Shown here in pieces: positions 10,577-21,137 of a stretch of 64,000 nucleotides of DNA. The DNA lies in contig JAEOUA010000011.1 in NCBI GenBank assembly GCA_016839555.1, forward strand, positions 32,001 through 96,000. Reading direction: 5' to 3'. The translations under genes were made by a program, and so were the position numbers. The first letter of the stretch is position 1; every line of letters begins with the position of its first letter. The notes beneath the pieces are model-generated. The model did no database searches. It was not told the DNA's origin and saw only the letters and a list, made by a program, of their open reading frames with translations. The stretch is from Promethearchaeota archaeon. GTDB taxonomy: Archaea; Asgardarchaeota; Lokiarchaeia; Sigyniarchaeales; SOKP01.

Positions 10577-11005
10577 TTACCTTATTGGTTTTTCTTTTAT
10601 TCCTTTCACTAGTGCATCAAGTGATACTCCGTTCACTTTTATGACTTTCCAGCGTACACCCGGAAGGTCTCCTACAGAACGGCCTTTTGCACCTCCAATA
10701 CCCTCAACAATAACACGATCATGCTCATCAATGAAATTAAGCGCACCATCTCCCGGTAAGAAAGCAGTAATTCCCTTTCCGTTCTTCCTTAATTGGACTC
10801 TCACACATTTTCTAATTGCAGAGTTTGGTTGTTTAGATTCGCGTCCCACTTTTTGAAGGACAATCCCAGATGCTTGAGGAGCCCCTTCTAAAGGATCAAC
10901 TCTTTGTTTTAACTTCAATTTCTTTCTTTTATATTTTGTTTTTGACCAGCGCCATTTCTTACGATTTTCCTTTAATTTCCTTGCAGCATATAATCCTTTC
11001 GGCAT
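10577..11005 (-). CDS. rps12: 30S ribosomal protein S12 (uS12)
   Basis: [15 protein letters not shown] and GDLPGVRW motifs. Confidence 0.98.
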   Translation of the reverse strand: MPKGLYAARKLKENRKKWRWSKTKYKRKKLKLKQRVDPLEGAPQASGIVLQKVGRESKQPNSAIRKCVRVQLRKNGKGITAFLPGDGALNFIDEHDRVIVEGIGGAKGRSVGDLPGVRWKVIKVNGVSLDALVKGIKEKPIR

Positions 11006-11173
11006 TTCACTACCACTAATATATAATATTATATTAAAATTTATAGCAAATAGTTCTAATATTTCTTTAAACTTAAAATTAATGGATTAATCTGAATTAA
11101 AATTCAAACTATATCTAATTCAACTTCATTTCTTATAATTTAAATATAAGTATAGCAAATGTGAAGTAATCTT

Positions 11174-11647
11174 CTAACTCCTAGTATCAATAATCACATT
11201 ATCTACATCGTAATGTCTCATTACCAGTGTCTTGGTTTTCCGAATCATACTGCCTTCTTTCCCTATCGCCTTTCCACGATCTTGAGGGCGCACTGAAATC
11301 ACAACCGTACGTTTATTGTTTTTACCTTCTTTGACTTCTATATTATTAACTTTAATGGAATTTTTAGTAGTATTTAATATGTATTTAATAAAACTTTCAA
11401 GATTTTCAGAAAAAGGTATCACATCTATCTTTTTTTGAAGCTTTGAGGTTAGATCTTTCACATGTTCTCCATCTCTCCCTATGGCCTTTCCCACATCTTC
11501 TTTCTTCACCAAGAAAATGATCACTTCATCAGAATCATCGGGTGCTTGATAAAAAATGCAGTCTTTGATAATTGCACCGCTGATATTATTGAACAGAGAA
11601 ATAAGTTCCATGGATTCTCGGTCCAATTTTATGTTTTTTTTGAGCAT
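11174..11647 (-). CDS. nusA: Archaeal NusA (two KH domains)
   Basis: Two GKAIG-x-x-G KH motifs; canonical position between rpl30e and rps12. Confidence 0.93.
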   Translation of the reverse strand: MLKKNIKLDRESMELISLFNNISGAIIKDCIFYQAPDDSDEVIIFLVKKEDVGKAIGRDGEHVKDLTSKLQKKIDVIPFSENLESFIKYILNTTKNSIKVNNIEVKEGKNNKRTVVISVRPQDRGKAIGKEGSMIRKTKTLVMRHYDVDNVIIDTRS

Positions 11648-11728
11648 TTTAAAATAATATTTTGAAATTTACAATTAAATTTTAATTTCTGTTTTCTTTT
11701 AATATTTTTCTTTTTTACACTTCAGATC

Positions 11729-12100
11729 CTAATTTTTTTTACTCTTTAACTGTTCCAATGCGCTGTCCCCATAATCATAAATTCCCAATATTGAAATCAT
11801 ATACGGTTTTGCTAAGGCTAACCCTAGATCCCAACTGGATCCTTTATATTTATAGATAAACATCTCATCCTCTAAAAGATTATTATAGTAATTGATTTCA
11901 CTCAAAATTTCTTGAGGGCAGTTATTGGCAACGATAATCATTTTATACTTATTTTCTCTCAATTTTCTAAGTACTTGATTCTTGCCATGGATGATCTCTC
12001 CGGTTTTAAAGGCGACTTTAATATTGGTATCGACATCAAAGACTTTTTTCTTTTTCCTTGATAAGTCAATATCCATTGAGTCTTTTTTCTTTTTTGCCAT
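11729..12100 (-). CDS. rpl30e: 50S ribosomal protein L30e (eL30)
   Basis: IIVANNCP and GSSWDLGLALAKPY motifs; position in operon. Confidence 0.93.
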   Translation of the reverse strand: MAKKKKDSMDIDLSRKKKKVFDVDTNIKVAFKTGEIIHGKNQVLRKLRENKYKMIIVANNCPQEILSEINYYNNLLEDEMFIYKYKGSSWDLGLALAKPYMISILGIYDYGDSALEQLKSKKN

Positions 12101-12176
12101 AATTATTAAAAAACTCTGAATTATAATAAGATTTGTAAGTAAATAAAAAAATGATTTGTTATTTTAATTTTTAATG

Positions 12177-13385
12177 TTACTTCTCTTTCTTTTTTCGGTT
12201 TAATAATTGAAGGTTCTGATCTAAATCCATTGTAATCTCAATTCTACCTGTCCCTATGGGACAAACTTGCCCAACGATAACGTTCTCTGGGATACCTAAT
12301 AGGCGCTCTTCCTCTCCATAAATCCCCGCATCTAATAATTGATTAACAGTAACTTCAAATGCTGCTCTTGCAAAGACGCTACTTTTTGAGCCAGAAATTC
12401 CATGCCTCCCAATTGATTGAATGGTACCCGTCTTACACATTGAGTCTGCCAGGATGAGTAAATGCCTGCTATCCACATCTAGTCCTTGTTGTTTCAGCAC
12501 ATTAGTTGCTTCCTTAATAATTAAACTTCTCGCTGCTTCAATACCAAACAATTTTTCTACTTCATGTAGATGATTTGAGACCGTTCGTGTGGGATCTACG
12601 CCTTCAATTTGTATAACCCCAGTTAGATTTGTTCCTTCAGTCTTAATAATCCATTCTTTTTCGTTTTCTGAAGGAGTTAATAATCCACGTTTTATTCCTC
12701 TTACTCCTTTTACTACTTTTTTGAGGATCTTTTCTCGTAATTTTTGAAGTTGTTGCAAATCTTCAATTTTAGGGTCTATAATGATCTTGTTTCCCTCTCT
12801 TTCAATGGTTCCTTTCTTTTTATATCGCCTTAATAGCTCGGGGATTTCATCGATATCAATTCCTTTTTTTTCGCATATTTCAGGGATTAAATTAATTACA
12901 ATATTCCAATTCACGAAATCAAGATCCACTTCTGAACTGATTTGTTCGATACGTAATTGTTCGATACGATTATGAACCTTTATCGCTTCTTCTTCACTTC
13001 CTCGATACTCATCGGTTAAATAAATATTCATATTAGGGGTGGAAGGAAATCGTCTGGCATCAACGATCTCAATTAATCGCGGGAGCCCTTGAGTCACAGA
13101 GAACTCCTCTACACCTGCGTAGTGGAACGTTCTTAGGGTCATCTGGGTCCCCGGCTCGCCAATGGACTGCGCAGCAACCGTTCCCACGGGTTCCGAAGTC
13201 TCCACAATAGCATTCATGTAATTAATAAAAACCTTATTAAGAAAATAGTCCAGTTGTTCTTCTTCTAATGGTTCTTCCTCTGATTTAATTTTTTCTCGGA
13301 TTCTTTCAATTAAATGTACCGGAATTCCATCTTCATATAATTCTTTTAACTTTTTTTCTAACATTTCTGATGATACTTTTACCAT
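12177..13385 (-). CDS. rpo1C: DNA-directed RNA polymerase subunit Rpo1C (A'')
   Basis: [29 protein letters not shown] and ENVIVGQ motifs. ATG at 13385 is preferred over 13436 because it follows a GGTG SD-like sequence and avoids overlap with rpo1N. Confidence 0.97.
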   Translation of the reverse strand: MVKVSSEMLEKKLKELYEDGIPVHLIERIREKIKSEEEPLEEEQLDYFLNKVFINYMNAIVETSEPVGTVAAQSIGEPGTQMTLRTFHYAGVEEFSVTQGLPRLIEIVDARRFPSTPNMNIYLTDEYRGSEEEAIKVHNRIEQLRIEQISSEVDLDFVNWNIVINLIPEICEKKGIDIDEIPELLRRYKKKGTIEREGNKIIIDPKIEDLQQLQKLREKILKKVVKGVRGIKRGLLTPSENEKEWIIKTEGTNLTGVIQIEGVDPTRTVSNHLHEVEKLFGIEAARSLIIKEATNVLKQQGLDVDSRHLLILADSMCKTGTIQSIGRHGISGSKSSVFARAAFEVTVNQLLDAGIYGEEERLLGIPENVIVGQVCPIGTGRIEITMDLDQNLQLLNRKKKEK

Positions 13386-13408
13386 AAGATACACACCTTT
13401 GTTGTTTA

Positions 13409-16354
13409 TTATGATTCTAAATACTCTTCTCTCCATTCACGGAATTGTTTTGTGATTTTTCCGCGCCAAACAGCATTTTTTCTCGTTTCTTTTTCATATA
13501 ACTCTTGTAATTCTTCTTCAGTAGCAACTTTTTTTGTTGGTTTAGAACTTTCTTCTACTTTTGTTTTTTCCTTTTTCTTTGGAGGGAGTTCCACTTCTTT
13601 TTCTTTTATCTTTGATGATTCTTTATGTTTCTTTTTTAGTTCTTGTATTTCTTCGATGTTAAGGGTTTTAGCTTGGAGCAGTAAGACATCTAAATTAACA
13701 GCATCACCATGGTCCGTCATCTGTGGATTAACACTATCGTCGCCAAATTTAAATTGAATAATATTTTTATCGGAATTCCTAACTGTGTTGTCGTTCTCAA
13801 CCACCATATCTTGTAAAGCATTTACCAGTCGACGTTGCATATATCCTGAAGTACTTGTTCTTACCGCAGTATCAACAAGCCCTTCTCGACCACCCATGGA
13901 ATGAAAGAAAAATCCAGAGGGATCTAATCCATTTCGATATGATTGTTGGACGAATCCCCTTGCTTTTGGAGTAAGATCATTTTCTTTGAAATGGGGTAAG
14001 GTTCTAGAAGAGTACCCTCTATTGATTCTCTCACCTCTAATAGCTTGTTGTCCGACGACTGCCGACATCTGTCCTAAATTAAGAATATTACCTCTTGCTC
14101 CAGACTTTGTCATTATAACAGAATGAGCTTCATCTCCAATATATTCAGCGGCAACTTCTTCTGCCTTCTTACGTGCTTCTGCTAATATTTGCCGAATCCG
14201 TAATTCCAATGTTTCTTTTAAGGACCGGCCAGGAGCACGTTTTAATACAGTAGTATCATTTTCTCTGAACGCTTTAATCAATTTTTCGGATTCTTCTTCT
14301 GACTCTTCTAAAATCTCATGAATCTTCTTTAGAGCATCTCCTTTTACGTATACTTCATCCAATCCCATAGTCATACCATTTTGTCTAATAATATATAGTA
14401 GCATCCTAGTTGCATTATCCAAGAATTTTCTTCCCCTAGTATTACCATGATCTTTAATTATTCTCTGAAGAATACTATTTGGTTGCATTGCCCCAAATGA
14501 TTTTTCATCAAGTGTACCAGTCAGTAATTTGCCATTTTTAATAGATACGTAAGCATCATAGGGACAATCTTCCTCTTCACATTTTTCTCCTTTTTTGCTG
14601 AAACATTTTTTACAGAATTTCGATCGTAATTCTAAGTTTAAATCTCTAGGAAATAACATACTGAATATTTGTTTTCCAGAATACATAGGTTCTGGTTCTT
14701 TTACAGCTGGTTCGAGATCTTCCAATTCAAAATCAGGATTTTCTTCAAAAACCCCTCCTAAAAAGAGCAGTTTAAGGGTGTCTTTCTTATTAAAAAGGGA
14801 GTCTTTGCTTGTAAATTGGAACACGCTTGAAATAAAATCTTGTATTCCACCGAGAATAGGTCCACCAAATCGGGGTGAAAGGATATGTTCTTGTACCTTT
14901 AATAATAATTCTGCCTCTGTTCTGGCTTCTTCACTCTGGGGCACATGAAGATTCATCTCATCTCCATCGAAGTCAGCATTATAGGGAGGACAAACAGTAA
15001 GATTTAGTCGAAAAGTTTTTCCTTCTAAGATTCGTACTTCATGAGCCATAATTGACATTCTATGAAGAGAAGGTTGTCGATTGAATAATACTAAATCCCC
15101 ATCATTTAAATGCCTTTCAACAGTAAAGCCAGGAGCAAGCATATCCGCAATAATCCCACGGTTTTTCACATATCGAAGGTCAATTCTTCTTCTGTCATTA
15201 CGAATAATATAATTAGCTCCAGGATGTTTATTAGGACCATTTAAAACTAACTGCTTCATCTCTTCAATGTTCCAATCATTTACATTGGTAGGGATCGTTA
15301 ATATTTTTGCGATCTCTTTAGGAACTCCAACTTCATTAATGCTGATATAAGGATTAGGAGAAATAACACTTCTGGCAGAAAAATCTACACGTTTTCCGCT
15401 GAGATTACTTCTAAATCGACCTTCTTTTCCCTTTAATCTTTGGGTTAAGGTTCGTAATGCTCTCCCGGAACGATGTCTCGCCGGAGGGATTCCGGAGACT
15501 TGATTATCAAAATAAGTAGTAATATGATATTGTAATAATTCCCATAAATCCTCAACGATTAAATGAGGGGCTCCTGCATCAATATTTTCTCGTAATCTTT
15601 GATTTATTCTAATTACATCCACCAGTTTATGGGTTAAATCATCTTCCGAACGAATACCACTATCAAGTGTTATGGATGGTCGAGAACATACTGGCGGAAT
15701 TGGAAGCACAGTAAAAATTACCCATTCTAATCGAGCATTTTTAGGAGAAATTCCCAATATTCGAAGATCAGTATCGGTCATTTTCTTTAATCGCTTTCGA
15801 ATCTCGATGGGTGTTAATCTTTGTGAACCTCTAGCCTCTGTTTCCTCATAAAATGTAGTAGGTTTTTCTAGGATTATTTTTTTCTTGGTCGCACCACAAA
15901 ACGGACAAATTTTGTTTTTTCGCGCCATTTTAAATACGATCTTCGTAATATCTTCATCTCCTTCATAAAAGATTTTACGGTGCTTTATTTGTTCATTTCG
16001 AAGGCGCTCTCTCGCATCTTCAGAAAGCATTAATCGAGAACATTCTGGGCAAATACTACGCAATACTTTTAATATTTTTTTAGCATATCCCACATGAATG
16101 ACGGGTCTTGCCAATTCGATATGGCCAAAGTGCCCCATACAATTATTTACTAAGTTACCACAAGTCTGACAGCGCTGTCCAGGCTCTATGGTACCTAAGC
16201 GCTGATCCATTAATCCTGAAGGGATCGGAAGCCCATCTTCGTCATAAGTGTCTGCAGTAATTATACGAGCTGCGGACATTTTTCGGATTTCGTCAGGGCT
16301 TAGAAGACCAAACTTGATCTTCTCTATCATTTTATTTCTACTAAACGAATACAT
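13409..16354 (-). CDS. rpo1N: DNA-directed RNA polymerase subunit Rpo1N (A')
   Basis: [10 protein letters not shown] active site, [16 protein letters not shown] and GYMQRRL motifs. Confidence 0.99.
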   Translation of the reverse strand: MYSFSRNKMIEKIKFGLLSPDEIRKMSAARIITADTYDEDGLPIPSGLMDQRLGTIEPGQRCQTCGNLVNNCMGHFGHIELARPVIHVGYAKKILKVLRSICPECSRLMLSEDARERLRNEQIKHRKIFYEGDEDITKIVFKMARKNKICPFCGATKKKIILEKPTTFYEETEARGSQRLTPIEIRKRLKKMTDTDLRILGISPKNARLEWVIFTVLPIPPVCSRPSITLDSGIRSEDDLTHKLVDVIRINQRLRENIDAGAPHLIVEDLWELLQYHITTYFDNQVSGIPPARHRSGRALRTLTQRLKGKEGRFRSNLSGKRVDFSARSVISPNPYISINEVGVPKEIAKILTIPTNVNDWNIEEMKQLVLNGPNKHPGANYIIRNDRRRIDLRYVKNRGIIADMLAPGFTVERHLNDGDLVLFNRQPSLHRMSIMAHEVRILEGKTFRLNLTVCPPYNADFDGDEMNLHVPQSEEARTEAELLLKVQEHILSPRFGGPILGGIQDFISSVFQFTSKDSLFNKKDTLKLLFLGGVFEENPDFELEDLEPAVKEPEPMYSGKQIFSMLFPRDLNLELRSKFCKKCFSKKGEKCEEEDCPYDAYVSIKNGKLLTGTLDEKSFGAMQPNSILQRIIKDHGNTRGRKFLDNATRMLLYIIRQNGMTMGLDEVYVKGDALKKIHEILEESEEESEKLIKAFRENDTTVLKRAPGRSLKETLELRIRQILAEARKKAEEVAAEYIGDEAHSVIMTKSGARGNILNLGQMSAVVGQQAIRGERINRGYSSRTLPHFKENDLTPKARGFVQQSYRNGLDPSGFFFHSMGGREGLVDTAVRTSTSGYMQRRLVNALQDMVVENDNTVRNSDKNIIQFKFGDDSVNPQMTDHGDAVNLDVLLLQAKTLNIEEIQELKKKHKESSKIKEKEVELPPKKKEKTKVEESSKPTKKVATEEELQELYEKETRKNAVWRGKITKQFREWREEYLES

Positions 16355-16590
16355 AAGAATCAGTTAAATTTTTAATTGTGAAATTATAAAAATCAGTCAA
16401 ATAATTCTTTCTCCACTTTAAAAAAAGTAATAAAGGAAAAAATAAAAATTTTATGGATATTTATTTAATATTTTTTAAAATTTTAAGACTAAAACAAATA
16501 ATTTATTTTTTAGATATATTTTTGATATTTATAACAAGAGTACATTATATATTTTTTTATTAGAATAAATTTTATTGATATTATTAAAAT

Positions 16591-17217
16591 ATGGGAAAAG
16601 AAACTTATTTAAAAGTTATAAGAAGCAAATTATTTGTTTTTATAATCCAAATTTCTATACTTGGATTAATAATTTTTAGTTTTGACTATACATTTCCAAT
16701 CGAATCTCCATATCTTAATGTTATTACTCGCCAAAGAAGAACTATTATTCAGTTACTCGGTAATCTTATATTATATGACGATTTAGACGGATTGGTATTA
16801 ATCTACGGAAGTTGGATATTAGTCTCGTTCATTCCGGTTCTTATTTATAGAGAACCAAGATTGGCGTTTAGTGCCAATATTAAGCTGATATTTTTCCCTA
16901 ATTTCTTTTTTTATGTATTTGTATACAAGTATTTAGCTACTTATTTTGAGCAATACTTCTGGAACTTATTTTTACGCACCCTCTCCTTATTTGCTATCTT
17001 AGCCATCGTATCCTTAGTAATTCCTTATTTTTATGATAGATATCGAAAGAAAAAGGAATCCATTCAGACTCTTGATTTAAGAAAGATTGCGCAAAAAAAT
17101 AAGTATAAATGCCCATATTGTGGTACAGAATTTAATTCTAAGCCACTCTATTGCTATAATTGTTCTAGAAAACTTCCTATTGAATCTATAAATGAGGATA
17201 AAAAAATAAAAATTTGA
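16591..17217 (+). CDS. Membrane protein with C-terminal zinc ribbon
   Basis: About 4 hydrophobic segments followed by CPYC..CYNC. Confidence 0.7.
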   Translation: MGKETYLKVIRSKLFVFIIQISILGLIIFSFDYTFPIESPYLNVITRQRRTIIQLLGNLILYDDLDGLVLIYGSWILVSFIPVLIYREPRLAFSANIKLIFFPNFFFYVFVYKYLATYFEQYFWNLFLRTLSLFAILAIVSLVIPYFYDRYRKKKESIQTLDLRKIAQKNKYKCPYCGTEFNSKPLYCYNCSRKLPIESINEDKKIKI

Positions 17218-17254
17218 TTAACTATTTATAAACATTTTTAAAAGAGAATAAAAA

Positions 17255-18004
17255 ATGGAATCATTTCTTTTTGCATTACTATTAACCTCTATTGCGGGAA
17301 TCTCTACAACTATTGGAAGTCTGATAGCCATTATTATCAAAAAACCTAATGAAAAATATGTTTCAATTATAATGGGATTTTCCGCAGGGGTTATGATACT
17401 TATTTCTTTTGTGGAATTATTGCAAAAAGGTATAGAAGCCTCATCATTTTTAATGGGACATATATATTTTTTTATTGGGATGTTTATAATGTATATAATT
17501 GATGTTTCAATTTCACATCAATATGAATTTGAGGAATATCAAAGTCTTAAGAATGGAAAATTACAAAAAGTGTCATTATTAGTCACTATTGGTATTTTTA
17601 TTCATAATTTCCCAGAGGGAATGGCTACTTTCATAGCTTCTCTGCAGAATGTAAATCTAGGCATTATTCTATGTTTCGCTATTGCCATTCATAATATACC
17701 TGAAGGAATCGCTGTGGCAATCCCAATATATTTATTAACTGAAGATAAGAAAAAAGCTTTTTTCTGGTCGTTTTTTTCAGGAGTAAGTGAGCCAATAGGT
17801 GCAATACTGAGCGGCTTAATTCTTTTTCCATTTATCAATGATTACATTTTAGGTGTAATGCTTGCCGTTATTGGAGGTTTTATGGTTTATATTTCATTAG
17901 ATGAATTATTGCCAGCATCTCGAGAAAGTGGTCATGAACATTTATCAATATTAGGTATTATCATGGGGATGATCGTAATGGCTTTAAGTTTAAGTTTATT
18001 GTAG
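17255..18004 (+). CDS. zupT: ZIP family zinc transporter ZupT
   Basis: FSAGVM, IHNFPEG, IHNIPEG and DELLP motifs. Confidence 0.92.
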   Translation: MESFLFALLLTSIAGISTTIGSLIAIIIKKPNEKYVSIIMGFSAGVMILISFVELLQKGIEASSFLMGHIYFFIGMFIMYIIDVSISHQYEFEEYQSLKNGKLQKVSLLVTIGIFIHNFPEGMATFIASLQNVNLGIILCFAIAIHNIPEGIAVAIPIYLLTEDKKKAFFWSFFSGVSEPIGAILSGLILFPFINDYILGVMLAVIGGFMVYISLDELLPASRESGHEHLSILGIIMGMIVMALSLSLL

Positions 18005-18102
18005 TAATTTATATTTAATTTTAGACTATTCTATAGCTAAAAATATTCTGAAAAATTTAATAAAATCCAAAGAGAAGTGAAGGAACTTTATAATCCTTAT
18101 AA

Positions 18103-19290
18103 TCAATTAAGTTTCCTAATTTCAGAGAAAAATTCTTTTGAGGGAACGGAATTAAATAAAAACATATTCACAACTATTTCTCTATATTCATCATTTTGAT
18201 TTGCTAATTTAAACATATTAGATAGGTTTCTTCCACTATTCTCGTAGAAAAATTCCACCATAGAACGCTTTAATTTAAAATTTTTAATTATTTTTCGCAC
18301 GTTCGAGTTCAATTTATATTGTTTTAATACCTCTTTAGAAATTTTATCTTCTTCTAAAGCATAAATTGCAGCTTCAGCGGCTGCTTGTCCAGAAACCACA
18401 CCAGGATGGATCCCTTCACCACTTATAGGAGATGTAAATCCGGCGGTATCTCCAATTAACATTATATTATCATTATATAAACTCTTTTTCTTTACTCCTA
18501 ATACGGGTAAAGGATAAGAAGCAGACCAAATCGCTTTGTAATCCCTTGTTGGTAGGAGCTCTTTAATATACGGATCTTTAAAAAATTCATTATAAATAGT
18601 ATTTAAGTTATAATTGAGATTATCTTCTTCAAAAGTTCCACATCCTATATTGAATCTGTTATTACCTAACGGAAATATCCACCCATAACCCTTATATGGT
18701 CGAAAAAAAACATGAATGCATTTATGTTCAAGGGATAAATCACCTTCAATAATTGCACATTTTGCTATTCCTAATTCCTCTATTTTCCATTTTTTTCTTA
18801 ATCCGGATTTTGTTGCGAGTTTCGAACTCATCCCATCTGCAATAATGAGAATTTTTCCAAAATATTCTTTTGTTCCTGAAGAAGTTTTTGTTTTAATTCC
18901 GATTGATTGTCGGTTTTTCCAAATAAACTCATAGGAAAGATTATTATCAAACAAATAAGTTCCCGCATCAATTGCTACGTTTCGAACAATATTATCAAAT
19001 TCTAACCGATCCATATTAATGGAATATTCTCGGGAGCCTTTCCAGGTATATTTTAATTTATTATAATCTCCAGAATACATTAAAATACTATCAATTTTAT
19101 GTGGATTTGCTTTTTTTAGCTGGGGAAAATATTTTAAGATTCTGGCACTTACCCCACCTCCACAAGGTTTACGCCAATTTGTATCTCGCTCAATTAATGC
19201 TACTTTAAATCCTTTATTGGCTAATAACTCAGCACATTTCGATCCTGCTGGCCCAGCACCAGAAATGACAATGTCGAACATATTATTCAT
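18103..19290 (-). CDS. Geranylgeranyl reductase family FAD oxidoreductase
   Basis: GAGPAG, KPCGGG, ADG, GYGWIFP and GDTAGF.SPISGEGI motifs. Confidence 0.9.
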   Translation of the reverse strand: MNNMFDIVISGAGPAGSKCAELLANKGFKVALIERDTNWRKPCGGGVSARILKYFPQLKKANPHKIDSILMYSGDYNKLKYTWKGSREYSINMDRLEFDNIVRNVAIDAGTYLFDNNLSYEFIWKNRQSIGIKTKTSSGTKEYFGKILIIADGMSSKLATKSGLRKKWKIEELGIAKCAIIEGDLSLEHKCIHVFFRPYKGYGWIFPLGNNRFNIGCGTFEEDNLNYNLNTIYNEFFKDPYIKELLPTRDYKAIWSASYPLPVLGVKKKSLYNDNIMLIGDTAGFTSPISGEGIHPGVVSGQAAAEAAIYALEEDKISKEVLKQYKLNSNVRKIIKNFKLKRSMVEFFYENSGRNLSNMFKLANQNDEYREIVVNMFLFNSVPSKEFFSEIRKLN

Positions 19291-19664
19291 AATGATATTT
19301 GGTTATCCTTCAATTAATAATATTAGTTTTTTAAAAAAATTTTAAGAATATTAAATTTATTTATGATATTTTGGTATGTTTTTATTACATACTAAGAAAA
19401 TAACACAAAATTTGAAAGATATAATGAATAAATAAAAAAGAACTGAAAATTATAATAAAAACGGTAGGATCTTATCATATTGATCTAAAAGCTTTAAGTA
19501 CGTTCTTTTATTCATCCATTTGAAAATAAATGATCTTTCTTTAAATTAATATAATAAAAGTTAAGAGTATGGTGCGTTAAAAATATAGAAAGAAAAAAAA
19601 GGGAAAAATTATTAAAATTTTTAGCTATAAAATAATTAATTTTAAAGCTATTTTGTTTTTGGTT

Positions 19665-19877
19665 TTATATCCTGATTAAATCAATAGCAATCTTCATATC
19701 GTTAGCGGTAACCTTTTTTCTTCCAGAATGTTTAGCAATATCTAACGCACAGTCAGTTAGATTTTTAGCATAGGTTTCTAAGAAATCCATTAGTTTATCA
19801 ACCGCATCTCTCGCTACGATTTCAGCTCCCGCATCTTTCATAAGGGCCCTTAATGGGGACCAAGCAAATGCTGCCAT
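19665..19877 (-). CDS. Archaeal histone (HMf-type)
   Basis: PLRALMKDAGAE.V..DA...AKHSGRKKV...D histone fold; GGAGG SD upstream of ATG 19877. Confidence 0.93.
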   Translation of the reverse strand: MAAFAWSPLRALMKDAGAEIVARDAVDKLMDFLETYAKNLTDCALDIAKHSGRKKVTANDMKIAIDLIRI

Positions 19878-20438
19878 AATTTTCAATCCTCCACTATTTT
19901 TTTAAATTATTTTAATTTTATTTTCTATTAAATTATTATATCTTAATATAATATTGGACTTTCTTATATATAAATGTATTGGTTTATCTGAGCAATTACA
20001 TGACTACAATCAATTCGACAAAAAGGATCTTTATTGATAGAAAAAAAATTTTTTAGGAGTGGGATTCACCAAATGATCTGATTAAAATATGATATAGAGT
20101 AACAAGGTTTTTGATCTAGTGATAGTTACTTTCTAGTAATCTGAGGAATCTGGTAAACAGATTTCATTGAAAGATTGGAGGAAGAAAAAATAACCATATA
20201 ACAGTAATAATCAGATAAATCAGTTTTTTATATCCACGTTTTTAATATAGATTGCATCTTGGAATAAAAAATATAAGAAAAATTATATTGTTATAGAGTT
20301 AATAAATAGATGAATCTAAAGAATTATTGAAAGAGTATAAGAATTTTAATAATATAATCTTCTCAATAATAACTAAAAATAAGAAATTAATAATTTAAAC
20401 CTTATATAAAGTATATATTAAATTATTTGAAGATTTTT

Positions 20439-21125
20439 ATGAAAAGATCGAAAATTAATGAATTAATGAAAGATACGGTCGAGTTTTTAAGTGAAAATCA
20501 GATTTATTTACCTAAGTTTGCATATTGGACTTTAAAAGAATGGAAATCAAAAGGGAATGAAATTAGAGAAATTATAGATAATCAATTAGGATGGGATATA
20601 AGTGATTATGGGAAAGGAGACTTTTCAAAAATAGGGATAATCCATTTTACTCTAAGAAATGGCAATATTAATAATCCTCAAGCCAGACCGTATTGCGAAA
20701 AGGTCATGGTTATGAGTGAGGGACAAAAGATCCCAATGCATCATCATAGAACGAAAATTGAAGATATAATAAATCGTGGTGGTGGACTTCTTTCAATTCA
20801 ATTATATAATTCGACAGAGGATAATAATTTAGCGAACACTCCAATAACTGTTTTTACTGACGGGATTGAAAGAACTCTTGAACCAGGTGGAATTATTACT
20901 TTAGAACCAGGAGATTCAGTAACATTAAAACCCGAACATTATCATACTTTCTGGGCAGAGAAAGGTCATGGGAAAGTTATTATTGGCGAAGTTTCTACTG
21001 TAAATGATGATTATACAGATAATGTTTTTTTGGAGGACATAAACCGATTTATGGAAATAGATGAAGCTGAAGAGCCTTTATATTTATTATTTGATGATTA
21101 TGAAAAATATTTAAATGTGGTTTAA
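20439..21125 (+). CDS. D-lyxose/D-mannose isomerase family (cupin)
   Basis: MKRS.IN, LGWDISDYG, FTLRNG, PMHHH..K.EDIINRGGG and GEVSTVNDD..DN motifs. Confidence 0.9.
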   Translation: MKRSKINELMKDTVEFLSENQIYLPKFAYWTLKEWKSKGNEIREIIDNQLGWDISDYGKGDFSKIGIIHFTLRNGNINNPQARPYCEKVMVMSEGQKIPMHHHRTKIEDIINRGGGLLSIQLYNSTEDNNLANTPITVFTDGIERTLEPGGIITLEPGDSVTLKPEHYHTFWAEKGHGKVIIGEVSTVNDDYTDNVFLEDINRFMEIDEAEEPLYLLFDDYEKYLNVV

Positions 21126-21137
21126 AGGTTAAAATTT

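Noticed and set aside
14555-14620. Cys cluster CKKC...C....C within Rpo1N
   Set aside because: A Cys-rich Zn-binding insertion at this position is common in archaeal A' subunits, and there are no intein motifs.
19980-20300. Long intergenic region upstream of the histone with TGAT/CTGA words suggestive of a C/D-box sRNA
   Set aside because: No complete RTGATGA box with a properly spaced CTGA and terminal stem could be identified.
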